DNA of 64,000 bases from Chrysomallon squamiferum. Its lineage: Eukaryota; Animalia; Mollusca. Below, one piece after another: positions 43,561 to 57,993 of the stretch; within the stretch, counting starts at the first letter, position 1; every line of letters begins with the position of its first letter. Both the position numbers and the translations under genes were made by a program. Under the pieces are notes generated by a model, which saw only the letters and a list, made by a program, of their open reading frames with translations, was not told where the DNA came from and made no database searches. The stretch lies in NCBI GenBank assembly GCA_012295275.1, contig CM022672.1, forward strand, positions 22,072,001 to 22,136,000. Direction: 5' to 3'.

Positions 43561-44236
43561 TCATATATTTATTTATATATTTCTGGCTATTAAATAAGAA
43601 ACAATAAAAATTTATCCTTTTTCGCCAGAGATATACAAGCTGTTCTTCTTACCGTCTCGATTGATTTTACAAAGGTAAATAAAGAGGCTGGAGTTTCAGT
43701 TCTGTTTATTTAATAAGAACTTGTATTGAAAATAGAAATATTGGCAACAGTACTTAAAACCTTATAACAAATATTCTAGATTATAATTACTTTAAAGTTT
43801 TTCTGTATATGAAAATATCTTTTATCTGAAAACTGAATTTAAAAAAAAAAATCAAGTAGTAAACCTTTGATTGTGCATGTGTTTGAAAAGCTTTAAATTT
43901 TTACAAGTCAAAATGAAAAGAAAGGAAAAAGACTAAACGTTAAAAGTGACTTTAAAATGGAAACTAAAAGACACGTAAATAGCATTGAAAGATAATGAAA
44001 AGATAAACAACTATTACATTTGTTGTTAGTCGTTTGATGGGAATTAAAACTGAGACATAAACGGTTTAAGGCACATTTTGTTTTCTTAGATGTAAGAATT
44101 TAATATTTGTTTAAATTATTAACACACACATACTTCCTCTCTCTGTTCCTCTCTTTCTCTTATTTCCGCTCTCTATCTTTCTCTTTCTGTCTTTCCTTGT
44201 CTCTCCTTCATCTTTCCATCTTTGTATTTACCTATT

Positions 44237-44356
<120 letters not shown>

Positions 44357-45013
44357 GGTAGTCATTCTTATAGAAATGTATGACAGATAAGAGCATTTCT
44401 GTATAATGTATTTGTATATATGTTGTTATGAATATACACTTTATGTATCTGTACATTTTTACTGCGTATGCAAGATTATCCCTGCATGTAACCTTATACT
44501 GTTTCTCTCTATATGTATACATACATAAAAAAAACACACACCCAAAAAACCATTTAATCTTGCGTACATGTTGAAAAATTCACAAAACTCTCCGAACCAG
44601 TGGACCATCGACACTAACTGCGGTCCGATACCGTTTTGGCGGAGTGAATCTTGTACAAAGCAGAGCTCGGTAATCACCAGATGATGAATCGACGTCTTAA
44701 ACCTGTCACCGATTGGTCGGAAACCAGTGTCAGTAATTGGCGTTTGTTGCCTGGTTGCGTGCGACGTCAGTGCCAAAACGACGACAGTGCACCGGTTAAC
44801 ATCACCATTAAGACGTCGAGCTGCTTGACTTCCAACAACTGAATCATGTTTTTTTTTCTGTCGTGGTTGGATGAAGAAATATGTGCGGTTATCGATGGGG
44901 ATGGAACATGTCGTGACGCGAAATGATCAGTTACACCTGGTGATGTCAGGTATTAACAAGGGGACAACAAAAAATCACGATATAAAATATTTCTATTGGA
45001 TCAAGTATATATA

Positions 45014-45049
<36 letters not shown>

Positions 45050-45173
45050 TAGATAGATAGATAGACAGGTAGATAGATATAAATAAAACATCGGTAACAT
45101 CAGTAGAGTGAAAAATTACAAAACTGTTTGTTTTTTTAGAATATGCAAGTATGTCGATATGCATGTGTATATG

Positions 45174-45228
<55 letters not shown>

Positions 45229-45819
45229 ATATTTTTGTTTGTTTGTTTAGCAAATACATTCAAACAAATTCATTTAAATAATATTGCACAGTTCCTAAAT
45301 TTTGTCAGTGCCAATGACAGTTAAGACGTACTTTCATTCATACTCGCCAGTTAAAATTAAATGTCACATTTAAGATTATTATTATCATAATTTACATAAT
45401 CGCCATATATTCATATACTACAAAAACTGACCTAGTCTTTTTAAAACCTCCGTTTGTAAATGAGGATAGTAGCTACATTAAATTTTATGGCACTGTCATG
45501 TACAACGACCGACAGTCTGAGAATGTAATGATTGGTAGAAATGCAGAGTGAAGGGCATGGCGCCAGAGTTGCTTATTTGCATTTAGTTAGCAAGTAATTG
45601 TTAACCACTGCCCGTGTGATGGAGTCGAAGGATGAGAAGAGATGGTAATTGTTTGTTATTTGTGTATTCCCGAGAGTTAAACGTTTAAATACGAACTGAT
45701 CAAAAAAAAAAAAAAATGTAATGCATGGTTAGTACGAAGACATCTGAAGGTGCAAGACAACTCATTGCCATTATAACAGGATACAGCGACATATGGAAAT
45801 GAACTGTACCAGCTTAGGA

Positions 45820-46080
45820 GACCGGTCTCCATGGTGCATAGTCTTTACATTTAATCTATCGGCTTTAAAACTGTTAGTTAGTCCCCGGGATCGAAACCTT
45901 TTTGGTGGGCTTCTTTTCGAGAAGAGTGCAGAAATGTAAGACAGAACTCTCTCTCTTTAATATTCCTGTAACACTTTCAGCACTGTCTGTGGCAGAATAA
46001 CCAGACTGCTTGATTCATGCCCAGGATAAACGTACATGAACCCTCAAAGGCCGCAAGCATGCTTCGAATGATTGATTATT
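45820..46080 (+). mobile_element. Decayed tRNA-derived SINE (family B)
   Basis: Head accggtctcc...ggctttaaaactg...ccgggatcgaaacc (B-box-like) is shared with the inverted copy at 54.9 kb. Body ends ...gcccaggataaacgtacatgaacc, then a gaat/gatt tail. Confidence 0.55.
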
Positions 46081-47629
46081 AAATTATCATAAATGGTATG
46101 GCAGAAGAAGTCACCGGATTTGCAGACATAATGAAAAAGTTTAGAACGAACAGCGACTGCCAAAGACCACCAGAAATAATTTGTTGCCATTTGAGAATTT
46201 CGAAGTAAATTTATCTGAAGCAGAATTTTGAATAATCCAACTTATATTTTTTAATGTACATCTAGAATTTAAAACATGGTAATCTTTTCTCTCTTGGTAC
46301 TTGCAAAAATAGCATATTTTATGAATTTTTTTACAAGCGATATGAATGCATACAACGCTAAGAGGAATATGATTCAAACCACAAATCTCTTTGTGTCATG
46401 TATTAGATAACACTAGAAAAACACGTGGGTGTATGGATAAACAGGTAGTTAGATATCCAGACGAGGAGAGTCAGACTGACTGGGTAACATTAGAAGAAGA
46501 AAAAAAAACCCATTAATATCCGGGTGGACGGATTAAAAGGCAGACAGAGATATAAACGGAGAGAGAGACAGACGCACATACTAAAAGTCAGACTGTCAGA
46601 CAGACAGAAAGGACAGATAATAAATATAAAAATTATTATTTTCGCGTAATCCATTTGTTTCAGAGCACTAGAAAACAAAGCGCTTTGTATATCCGCTGTA
46701 ACAACTTGATCTTTGGTTTATTGAATAATTTAAACTCGGTGACATTTTACACGATCGAACACACACGAAGCCTCGCGCGTCTCCTAAATAATTCAACTGT
46801 TAGCGGCACATTCCCGCACTGATGTTGTGTGATGCCGTTACCACGCGTACAAAATACAACAGCAACGACGCAGTGCAAGAAACGATTTCATATAACGTTT
46901 CGGTAATGCTTGGGTACCACACAGATAGGTAGCTCAAATCGAAACATAAACCGTAATAATTCATTTTTAAGTATTACCTGTAATGATATAAATTAGTGTT
47001 TCGGTTTGAATTATCTGTGCAGGTAATACTAACAATTTCGTTTAAGTATCATTTACGAGGATAACTCAAATCGAAAATTAATGATGATAATTCGTTTGAG
47101 TATCACTTACGCGTATATTATATCATATTTATGATATTAACGTAAAGATTTTATGGTAGAAAAAACAAATACACATAAATATAATAATTTAATGTCAGTA
47201 AACTGAAATTTTTGCAGTTTTGAAAAATGGATATGACAAAGCGCTAGGGCAAGCACACTTTTCGATAAGTCTAACTTAATTCTCAGCGGCGCAATTATGT
47301 TAGGATCAAAAGGCGTACAGATGAATATTAATAAGTTAACTTTACCACTCGGCGTTAAAATTAACAGCTGAATACTTGTATGATGGACATTTAAATACAA
47401 TTAGTTCTGTGATAATGAGTGACATTTGGTATTTGGCGTGCTGTGTCTTGAGGGGTTACAATTATTATCAACGTCGGTTGCATTCTGCTGTAGACAATTA
47501 CGAAGTTAATGTATCAGAAAATGAAATTGTCGATTAGTGCAAGAGAGATTAAAAACTGAATTTATATATACAGGCGCGAATTCCATTAAATACTGGCTTT
47601 TAAATTAACGAATAAATGGGGGAAAAAAA

Positions 47630-47800
47630 TGAACGAAAGAACCAATGAATGAAGGAACGAAGAACATTAATTTAAAAATACATGAATATATTGTATATAA
47701 GTGATATAGTTAGATGATTCCAGAGAAGAAACCCGTTTCCGCGACTTCATTGGCTAATCTTGCTGATTAGCAGCAAATAGTCTTTTATAAGCACCTTTCC
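47630..47800 (-). mobile_element. Decayed SINE family A, 5'-truncated (best-preserved core)
   Basis: Minus strand ggaaaggtgcttataaaagactatttgctgctaatcagcaagattagccaatgaagtcgcggaaacgggtttcttctctg, then a (ttca/ttcg)n-like tail. Confidence 0.65.
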
Positions 47801-49702
47801 TTAAAATGTAAAATTCACATCAAATTTGATAAAGCATTCAATGAGTTCTGGTTGTAACAGAAAATTTCAGAGATTTTAATTCATGTACAGTGGCGGACGT
47901 ACATTACTGGGGCCTTAAGTCTGAACAGTTGTAGGGATCCTTTGCAAACAGCAGCGAGATCTGGGTAACTAACCTTACATTCTTCTGCAGCAACGTTCCA
48001 TGACAGAATTAAAATTTTAGACACATTCAAAATTTTGATTAAAATGTTGAAGAAATTTTGAACTAAAGTCGCTTTTTGGGCCCCTCTGGACAATAATGAT
48101 CTGGACACATGGTAAAACGATACAGTGTCTTTGCTTACAGATGAACAATTGAAAAAAAACGTTCTTCTGCCTCTGAATGCTGATATCAAGATCATGAAGT
48201 AACGTGACTTATTGTTTTTGTCTAATCCGTTTGAAACTTTAATATCATGACAAATGGGAACGGCGATGATGAATAGCAAGTTCTGTGGCTGGGAATCAAG
48301 TTGTATATTTAATTTGCCAGCAGGTTTAAATTAATTTCCAGAGGAATCGATTTAAATAATTCAATGTTCGGTTTATCCTTTGAGAGTGTTCTGTTCACTG
48401 ATAAGAGGTATGTTTAATGTTTTCTGCGATACGTTTTTGCAATCGTTTTAAATAAAAATTAAGATGCCTATGGAAAATATGACGCATAATATCATATCGT
48501 ACCGAAATAATGATTTGTTTTTATTTTAAATGAAAAATATATTTAACAACATTCGCATAAAGTTTTTTTGTGGGGTTTTTTGTTGTTTTTTTGTCAAGTG
48601 TATTTAACAACATTATCCTTTATAAAACATTTTTGTGATTTCTGTTTTAGCATAAACTTATTTTCGTTGTAACATTTATATAAAAGTAATTCTCTCTATG
48701 AAGTGTATTTAACCGTATGTTAACGTTACATGTGTATGAAAAGTATTTAACCATACTGGAATAAAAGCTGTATTCTTTGTGAAGTATGCAGCCGTAATAG
48801 CGCAAATTTATATTCTTTGTGAAGTATCCAACCATACTCGCCTGAAGCTATGCTGTTTGCAAACACTAATTAACAGTCGGCAATAACAAACACTCAAACA
48901 TAAAAAAATAAAATAAAATAAAATAAAATCGACCACCTTTCTAAGGGTTGTTAACACTGTTGAACTGACGATGACACAAACGGGATTTCAGAAGAAAAAA
49001 AAGTAATTCAAGATATTTACTTGACAACAGACCTGGAAGACACTTAGAGCCGAGAAACCTCGAGAAGCATCATTTCCGGTGTACGGTCGTTTCCAACACG
49101 GTGACAAAACTTTTCATTACACCGGTGTAGTTAGTATTCCGCAAAGCGATCCGTTCATTCGAGATGGTCGTGTTTCTGACGTTTACGACTTAGAACCTGT
49201 TTGCGGCACGTTTCCGGTTTGGCAAAACTAACCAATCATTTGCAGGAAAATGTGTTCTTTCTTTCTTTTTCTTCTTCTTCCTCTTTTTTGTTTTTTATTT
49301 ATTATTTTTTCTATTATATACTAAATTTTTATGTTACCGATTAATTAAAGAATAAATTGAAAAAAAAAAAAATAACAATTTTTTTTTCATTTTCTTTTTG
49401 TTATTATTATATGTATTATTTTTTTTCTGTCTGTCCTTTGCATAAATCGTTAATAAAAAGTAAGAGTTTGCTGACTGTCGTCTGAAAGTATTTACATAAT
49501 AATGCTGGAACCGTTGCAAAACTGTCAACTTTTAGACTTTCCGTCTCACTATCTGTATGCCATAGGGTTTTCTTTTCGTTCTGTTATTATTATTATTATT
49601 ATTAAAAAAAAAATTTGAATACTTCTTTCTTGTCCTCTTAATAAACTTTGGTCAACAAGGATTAACTAAAACTAAAAGAAAACATATTCCTTTCATTATT
49701 TT

Positions 49703-49757
<55 letters not shown>

Positions 49758-50551
49758 CGATAATGATGATGGTGATGATGATAAACATAACATCATTATC
49801 ATTATTATTCTTATTTTTTTACATTTTATTTCATTCCATTTTTGTATATAATACTTTCATTCTTTTTTACTTTTTCTTATTTTTTTCCCCTCTTCTGTCA
49901 CCTTTTTATAATTTGTCCGTGCTATCTTATATTTGTATGGACCGTAAAACTACAATCATTTATCTTGTATCTAAGACTAGAACCATTTTCTGTAATGGTT
50001 TTCTAAAACTTCAAAAGAACATATCCAAAGACGACATTTGCCCTTTTTTCTTTTTTTCTTCTAGACATATCATAACTTCAACCGCAATCAAAACGAAGAC
50101 TTTAGATTTATCGTTTTTGATTCAAAACGGGATTAAACACGAGTTTATTCTGAATAAAACTTGACTCAAAAGACTGATGTCGGTTTTTTATTTGCGTTTC
50201 ATGACCTCGTCATTTTTATTTTTTTTTTTCTCTCAAAGACATGACACCAAAAAGAAAAGGTTCCTCATCGATTTGTTCGCTAGGTTGACAAGCAGAAGAA
50301 ATAACAGAGTGTTTAAGTATTGGTTTCGATAACTTTTGATATTTGCACATCCTTTCACAGATACATGATTAGCCGTAAGAACATTTAAACTGGAGTTTGC
50401 TTTTTCTTTTTTTTTTTCCTTTTTTTTTCTTTTTCTTTTCTTCTTCCAATCTTTAAAGTCAATTTTACGTTTAATTTTCGTCCTTTGTAAGTGATCAATA
50501 TTACTTTCTTTCTTATTTTCTTTTCTTTTTTCTTTTTTTTTTTTTTGTTTT

Positions 50552-50710
50552 GTATTTCAAATTACCGTTACAAATACATTTTTGTAATCAGTAAAAACAT
50601 AATAATGATATTAATAAAAAATTTTGCTTAAAGTTTCGTATTTCAAAATAGAGTTACAAATACATTTTTGTAATCAGTAATAACATAATACTGATATTAA
50701 TAAAAAAAAT
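50552..50710. repeat. 86-bp tandem duplication, 2 copies
   Basis: gtatttcaaa...gttacaaatacatttttgtaatcagtaaNaacataataNtgatattaataaaaa at 50552 and 50638. Confidence 0.92.
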
Positions 50711-51344
50711 TCATGGTTTCTTACTTCTTGTTTAAACGATAAGGATTTTCCACGAACCCTAATATAATTATCATCATATTTTCAGTGAAGTAATGCAAGA
50801 TAAAAACGTTAATGAATGTTAGCATGGGTTAATTATGAAGCAAATTATTAGGTATTCTCATAAGACTTTATTATCTGTGACTATAGTATTAAGAATTTGT
50901 ACTATGTCGCTTAATATCGAATATGTAAATACGCATACGAGAAGAACTGTGTTAAAATATTTAATAAAAAGCAATTCTTTCAGTTTCACTGTTTCTGAAA
51001 AATTTGTAAAATTTCAGGAAACTGATTTTTCGTTCCGCTTTACGAGCATTTTGTATCACGTGATAAAACAAATGATTTCTTTCTTCTCTATAATGACAGG
51101 GACAATCAGTTTTGCATTCCATGGTATTTTTTAATGACTATAACGTGAAATTTAAAACTGTACCACGTAGGAGAATTGAACCATCGACCCATCGCAGCTG
51201 TCGCCAGTAAGTTAATATCATTTCCTCAATACAACAAACTCTCTAACAGTAACATTTCAAATATATTTTATATATTATAATGATCCCAATGTGTTGTAGT
51301 TCTCAAATAACCAAAATTTCTTTAACGATATTTTGACCATTTGT

Positions 51345-51432
51345 TTCTAAATCTGAAAAATCTCTCTAAAATCAGCAAAATCTCTCTACATCTGAAAATC
51401 TATCGAAATCCGAAAAATCTATCTAAATCTAC
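51345..51432. repeat. Short degenerate ~21-bp tandem repeat, ~4 copies
   Basis: aaatctgaaaaatctctct-like units in tandem. Confidence 0.7.
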
Positions 51433-53213
51433 TCTTGTATAATATACATTATTCATACGAGTGCTTTACACCACCCACCCGATCGCACCCGACTAAACCC
51501 TGTTAATTTTTAATGAAGATTACGTCACAAGAACTATTTTTGCTAAGACCTCTCTGCCTTCGCACGCGCGGCTAGTTGTTACACAAAACAAACAGAGCAC
51601 TCGCTTCGTTTCTCGTCTGTCAACGAACCCAAGCCGCTCCGTAAACCGAAGTTTAATGTATTCACATCACACCCATTCTCTGACTCTGTTACAGCCAGTC
51701 GGTGTGGACAGAGAAAGAGAGTAAGAAACAGTGATCAAATATTCATTGAATTCCATTAAGGAAAACATTATTCCACCCCAGTAGTCGAGGAAAACGTTCA
51801 ATGATTCAGTGTTCGGGGTTAAGTGAATATTCGCCGAAGATTAACGACTGTAATAATAATGGGCTTGAACATTTCTGATATTCAGACTGGGGGGGGGGGG
51901 AAAGACGAAAAGAAAAAGATTTTAAAGATCTTAATTAATTAATTGTTATCACTTTTCCAATAGCTTTATTTAGCATGAAGATTTGATTTTTTCATTTATT
52001 GAAATAAATTTTTGAAATTTTTGAAATAAGGAATAGAACAGAAAGTCGTAATAAGATACAAACACATACTCGCACGCATATATGCTCAATATCCATGCAT
52101 TATGTAAATATTCACCAACATCCATGCATGTATTTAAATATGCATTACTTATAAGCAGTAAGGCACTGCTTATATAATACAAATAACTTAATGTATCGAC
52201 CATTGGACTATTTCAGCTTGAATTAATGTGCAATCCACATGAAAAACATGTGTTGCATATAATGAAGGATAATTAATTACAAAGAGTTGTTGGTTTTTTC
52301 AATTATTTTTATATATATTTTTTATCTGATCTTATAACCATTGTTATGCAAGAAACTATATTTAGATACTGAATTACTAGATTATTTTAAAATGGTGAAG
52401 AACAGTTAAATTTTCAGTTATTCATTCCGCTTTTAAATCTGTTAATGACAATATTATACATCCAACGTTTTCAGCAATTCATTGAAATGATGTCCCTGAG
52501 TTTATTTATTTATTTATTTATTTTTATTTTATTTTATTTTATTTTATTTTTATTATTATTTTTGTTTGTTTGTTTATTTGTTTTCGTATTCTGTTTCGCA
52601 TATTAACTGACAAAGTCCTTACTTTCAAACATTTAATCACTAGAATTACAGATGTCCATTGTTATCGTATTTAATTTGTCCGTCGACGCCAGGATCATTT
52701 TACCAATAAGACGTCCATGTAGCCGTTTATCACTATCGTTGTTTCATGTTACTGTGAACGAAGGTACTGAACTTAAATCTGTGGCACAGGGTTTATCAAT
52801 AAACGTCTCTGTCAAACCATGTGAAAGAATTGATTTCAAATTGAATACGTTACAAATTTTTAATATTTTATACTCTCGGGATTCTGAATAATTTATTGAA
52901 ATTTCAATATTTGTAATATTAAAAAAAAAATTGTTTATTAATTTATTTAGCTAGTTAGTTAGTTATTATTAGTAGTATTATTATTATTTTTATTATTTAT
53001 TTATTTATTTATTTATTTGTCTATTTATTTGTTTATTTATTTATTCATTCATTTATTGTGATGTCAGTGTTTGTATCAACATCTTTCTGCGGTGTAAAAA
53101 TTAGGTTAAGTTAGAAAATGTTTGCCTCGGGTGAAGCTAAGAGATGTAACAGGCTGATTAATTTAAATTCCTCATTTTTTCTGTTTTCTGTTTTCTTTAT
53201 GTTTTTTTATTTT

Positions 53214-53269
<56 letters not shown>

Positions 53270-54299
53270 GCAAGTGTATTTAAAAGTTTACAAAAACATT
53301 ATCATAAACTGCAAAATTCTCTGTCTATAAAACATTCCGTTTAAATTTCTCTGTACGAAATTATGTGACGATAACATCAAAAAACAAAAAACCTATCTAA
53401 AAAACAACATCTTTCAGCCTCTGTACATCCTCACTGTCTGTTAGTTCTTTGTCATACTTTATTATAAACGAAGATTGCTCGACAATATTAAATAGAATTT
53501 TGAAATATATCAAACACATTTTCATCATTTGTAGATATAACCAAAGAAACAGTTTTACTTTTTAAGCATACAGCCATAAGATACCAATACACTTATTGTT
53601 TAGTTTCCTTTTTTAGAAGATAGTATAATATATATACATATATAAGTGAGGATTATATCCCAGATCATTCAGAATTACATCCGACTACTTTGGTTGTTTT
53701 AAGAGACGGGTAATGTAATTACAGAACAGGAAATCGCCTAGGTTGATTTATGGTGAAAACATTTCTAAAGATAAAACGTTTAAAAATCAGAATAAAAAAA
53801 AAAAAAGAGAGTACCTGAAAATCTTCATAATGAGATTTACTTATAATCATTTACATTATCTGCGTCCTATAAGTACTAACATATGTCCGACTGTCTTGTT
53901 TTCCGTCAGGTATTGTTTTTTTGATCGTTTGATCTTTTGATCTTTGCACTATCGCCAGACTTGTTCTGGCGGATGTAAAGTCAGCAGCTAAGTTGTCAAC
54001 GGTCTGCTTGTTTTCAGATGTCATATTTCGTATCGATCGAATCTTAATCCGATAAACTTTAGATAATCTCACGCAGCTTATCGTATCGATTGCTAATAAT
54101 CAGGCAGGCCTCTGTGCCCAAGAGAGATAACTCTAAACCACTAAGACAGCGAAAAGGCAAGAAGGAAACAGAAACTATTTGGTGTGTATGACGATAAGAT
54201 TTGTCCTAATCTAACCGACATTTTTATCTTGTAATTTGATTAAATTACTTTAGGTTAATGTTAAATGAATAAAAAGAAAATAAATAATTTAAAACACTA

Positions 54300-54419
54300 A
54301 ATACAACAACAACAATAATAGTAGTGGTAATAGTAGTAAGAGCATCGTCATCATCATCATCATCAGCAGCAGCAGCACCTGTAGTAGTCGTAGTAATAAT
54401 AATATAAGTAGTATTTGTG

Positions 54420-54456
<37 letters not shown>

Positions 54457-54512
54457 CAGTAGTAGTAGTAATAGTAGTAGTAGTAATCATCATCATTGCA
54501 GCAGTAATAATA
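54300..54512. repeat. (TAG)n/(CAT)n/(CAG)n trinucleotide tract
   Basis: Directly visible. Confidence 0.85.
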
Positions 54513-54739
54513 AAATGATCTTAAAAGTATCTGAAAGCATTCATTGATTATGCGAATAAATTAGAACTTTAACAGCAACTTGAAAACCATACACAACTGC
54601 TAACTCAAAAACAATAATTTATCTCTAGGACACTAGATTGATAATATTATCAGTAAACATAAAATAGAGAAGCTTTCAAAAAAAGTGAAATAAAAATAAA
54701 ACAATATACATTTATAATGATTTCCTTCTTGTAAAATTA

Positions 54740-54924
54740 AAGTTCGTTTGACAAGAAGTTGTCTGTTTATCCAGGACTTTATTGGTGCATTTAACGAATA
54801 GTTAGAGAAGATGAAAGAGAAACATCCTTCCCCAGAGCTATGCGATGGAGCCTGTGGTGGTTTGCGATCCCGGTGCTGTCAGTTTCAAGGCCAGTTGCTT
54901 AACCACAGCATTGCCAAGGCCAGT
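54740..54924 (-). mobile_element. Decayed tRNA-derived SINE (family B)
   Basis: Minus strand actggccttggcaatgctgtggttaagc (A-box-like)...ggccttgaaactgacagcaccgggatcgcaaacc (B-box-like)...gtcctggataaacag; homologous by eye to the 45820 copy. Confidence 0.6.
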
Positions 54925-57507
54925 AACCGTTAGAACATACCAACTTTCGAACAGAAAAAAAAAAAAAGAAATCAATGCAATTTTTTTGTTCCTCTTTAAC
55001 GGTAGCGGTCGAACTGCAATCGTTCTGGGACGGATTCCTACGCTAGACGATACCTTAAAATGGTTAAATCGACCAGAAACCAAAATGGGCAATTAGTTCC
55101 TGTATGGAAATTAATTTCATCATGTTTTTAGCCGCCCGTTTAAATGGGTAATTTATTTCGTGTTACCACGGCTACGGTATAACCTGGACAATGTCAGAGA
55201 AACTCGGGATTAACATCTTCCGCCGTGTCTGTCGGCGTCCGAGACCGGTGGGGAGAGTAATTTAATTACCAGATTGAATGCCAAACACGTGCACAATGTG
55301 CGTGAGAGAGTGAAATCTCGCACTGCATCGAATTTTTTTTGGGGGTATTTTTGTTTCTAACGAAACGAAATAGATTTTAGTTTCAGTTTAACTGAACTCT
55401 GCGTCGATGTTTTTTGGTTTTTTTGTTATGTTCACGTTTTGCTAAGACGGAAAGCTGATGTGGCTGAAAAGCCTGCCAACGACTTTTTGCAATTGTTAAT
55501 AATTACTAAATTGAAAAGTATCGACTGCGGGTGTTAATGAAAATGTTATCTCGTATCGTGTGATATGATTGGATTTTTATGTACCGAAGAAAATGCAGTA
55601 ATTTCTTTCTTTTTTTTTCTTCTTTTTTTTAACTGATGTAATTACAATAATGTTTATACGTTTTGTTATGTGAAATAGAGTTCTGTGAACAATAAAGCAA
55701 AATTTTGGATATATATTGTACTGCATTTTATTTATTCATTTATTTACTTACTAGTGATGGTAGCAGTATTGGTAAATGTAGGAGTTAGTAATAGAGGAAG
55801 CAGTATAAGAAGTAGTACTACTATTAATAGTAATAGTAGAAAGAGCAGCAGCAGCAACAGTAGTTGTAGTAGTAGGAGTAGTAAGTGTACCAACAACAGA
55901 AGTAGCTGTCACATCAGGAGCATTACCGGCAACAGCAACAACAGCAGCATTAGTAGTAGTCGTAGTAATAGCAGCACTAGTGATAGTAATTGTATCCTAG
56001 TGTTATGGGAGGAATAGAAACAGCAGCAGTAGTGATGTATTTTTTTTTTACCCTTTTCGTTATTTGCGTTTGTTCTGATTTATAAATAATTATTAGTGAT
56101 GAAAGACGGTGAAGCCTGCTCTATGATATAAAAAACCCCTCTGTAGTCTTTTTTATAGGTATATCATTCAAAGATTGTTCACAGGCAGGAATCAAGGATG
56201 TCTAAGCCCAGCAAATAAAATTTAAAAAAAAAGGGGTGAATGAACAGCACAGAAGAAAAGGGCCAAGGACCTAACTCTCCTGCGCTTTCTGTTAATACAA
56301 AACGCAGTGTCTTGCAGTGATATTACCGAAAGGCAATTATGAAGATATTGCGGAAGAGCGTCAGCGTGAGAGAGGAAATGATGACATCCTTCTTTCGTGG
56401 CGTGTCATCAGATGAAAGCCCGCGGCATCAGAAATTCCCACAGGAGAATTCTCGGTGATTCATAGTGATTGTATAAAAAATATATCACTTTTAGATAGGA
56501 GCCAAAGAGCTACATACTAAACAGAAACGATATATATTTTATAAACTACATACAGATAGATACTATGACACCATTTGTGTCTGTCTTTGGCCAGAATTCT
56601 GTTGTAAAGTCAGTATTATCATAACCTTATCAAATATATTTAAACTGTACGCCGAAAGGAGCATGCTGAACATTATCTCATACTCTAAATTATTTTGTAA
56701 ATAATTCAACATGGAAAGGTATAAAAACAAAACAACTACTGAGCCCGGTGTGCAAAGCGTCTACCAAGGAACTCTACTGTTAATTATACTCTAGTTTTTT
56801 TTCTAATTACACAATATTGATCATCATGATTTCCCATACATCGAAAACCTACGAATTATATAGTTACATATACAAACCAAAATTCATAGATGTTTTTTCA
56901 TGATGATGTTTATATGATGACAGTAGTCATATTCGTTTCATATTTACAGATTATTAACAACAGCAGAATAGTTGATCAAGCTGTTTCTAATAAAACGTAT
57001 CGGGATCAGTTCTAGATTTTCAAGCAGCTTTAACTCAAGCTTCCAGTAGAAGAGTTTAGGGATAAATAACCGTAAGAGAGTATCTGGCAGCCTAGTGTGG
57101 ACAGAGTAAGGTTTTAAAAACTGGTAATAGCCAGCTGGACTCGGTGAGGTTCTATAAATGTGCAAAACAGACAACAAATAGATGACCTCCTGTAACGTCT
57201 GACGTACATGATCAAATTATAATATAATTTCTACTTCCTCACTCACAGCATCAGCATAACAAAAAGCGTGACCCCCGAGGCAATAGCAATAAATAGCCAC
57301 GGCAGAGCATCACCAGCTCGCTCGCTCGGAGGCTGTGGGAAATTTGTGTAAAGACCGACTGTTAAGCTGAGAAATATATCAAACTGTAACACAGACCAGT
57401 TCCTTATCGGAAATTAAATTGGTTAATTATTCCATTTGTTCCTCATCATGGACGACACCACATGCTTGGTTGCCAGCCACCATTGTAATTATGTTTGGTG
57501 CAGAAAG

Positions 57508-57680
57508 GTAGCTTGATCATAGTGAACTTCCCTGAGGCGTGGATGGTCGCAGGGTCAGTCCTGATCGATGCTGTTGTGGGTACATTTCACGTTCCACGAC
57601 TGGTTTGGTTTATCAGAGGTGTCTGAGAAGGTGCCGCCTGTAAAGGATAACTTGGAAATAATGGAATACCATCTGGTTGT
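57508..57680 (+). mobile_element. Decayed SINE family A copy
   Basis: gtagcttgatcatagtgaacttccctgaggcgtggatggtcgcagggtcagtcc...atttcacgttccacgactgg parallels the head and ccacaac segment of the 23.5 kb copy. Confidence 0.45.
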
Positions 57681-57893
57681 ACTATCAATGAGAGCTCTGT
57701 CATTTAGTTATAATAATTATGTCTTTGGACTTCAGCGACCTCTGTTGGCATCTGTTAGCAGCTATGTGATGAAAATGTGTCTTTACAGTTTCATCAGGTT
57801 AGCATAAAGAAGAAAAGTGAATCCGTACACTGTCAAAATCTTCTCTTTTTTTCAGTTAGAATGGATCTTTTAATATTTTTAATCATTTTTGTT

Positions 57894-57948
<55 letters not shown>

Positions 57949-57961
57949 TTATATTTTTATA

Positions 57962-57993
<32 letters not shown>

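Noticed and set aside
54860-54924. tRNA-like A/B boxes
   Set aside because: No cloverleaf and it continues into a repeat body shared with 45820, so it is a SINE head rather than a tRNA gene.
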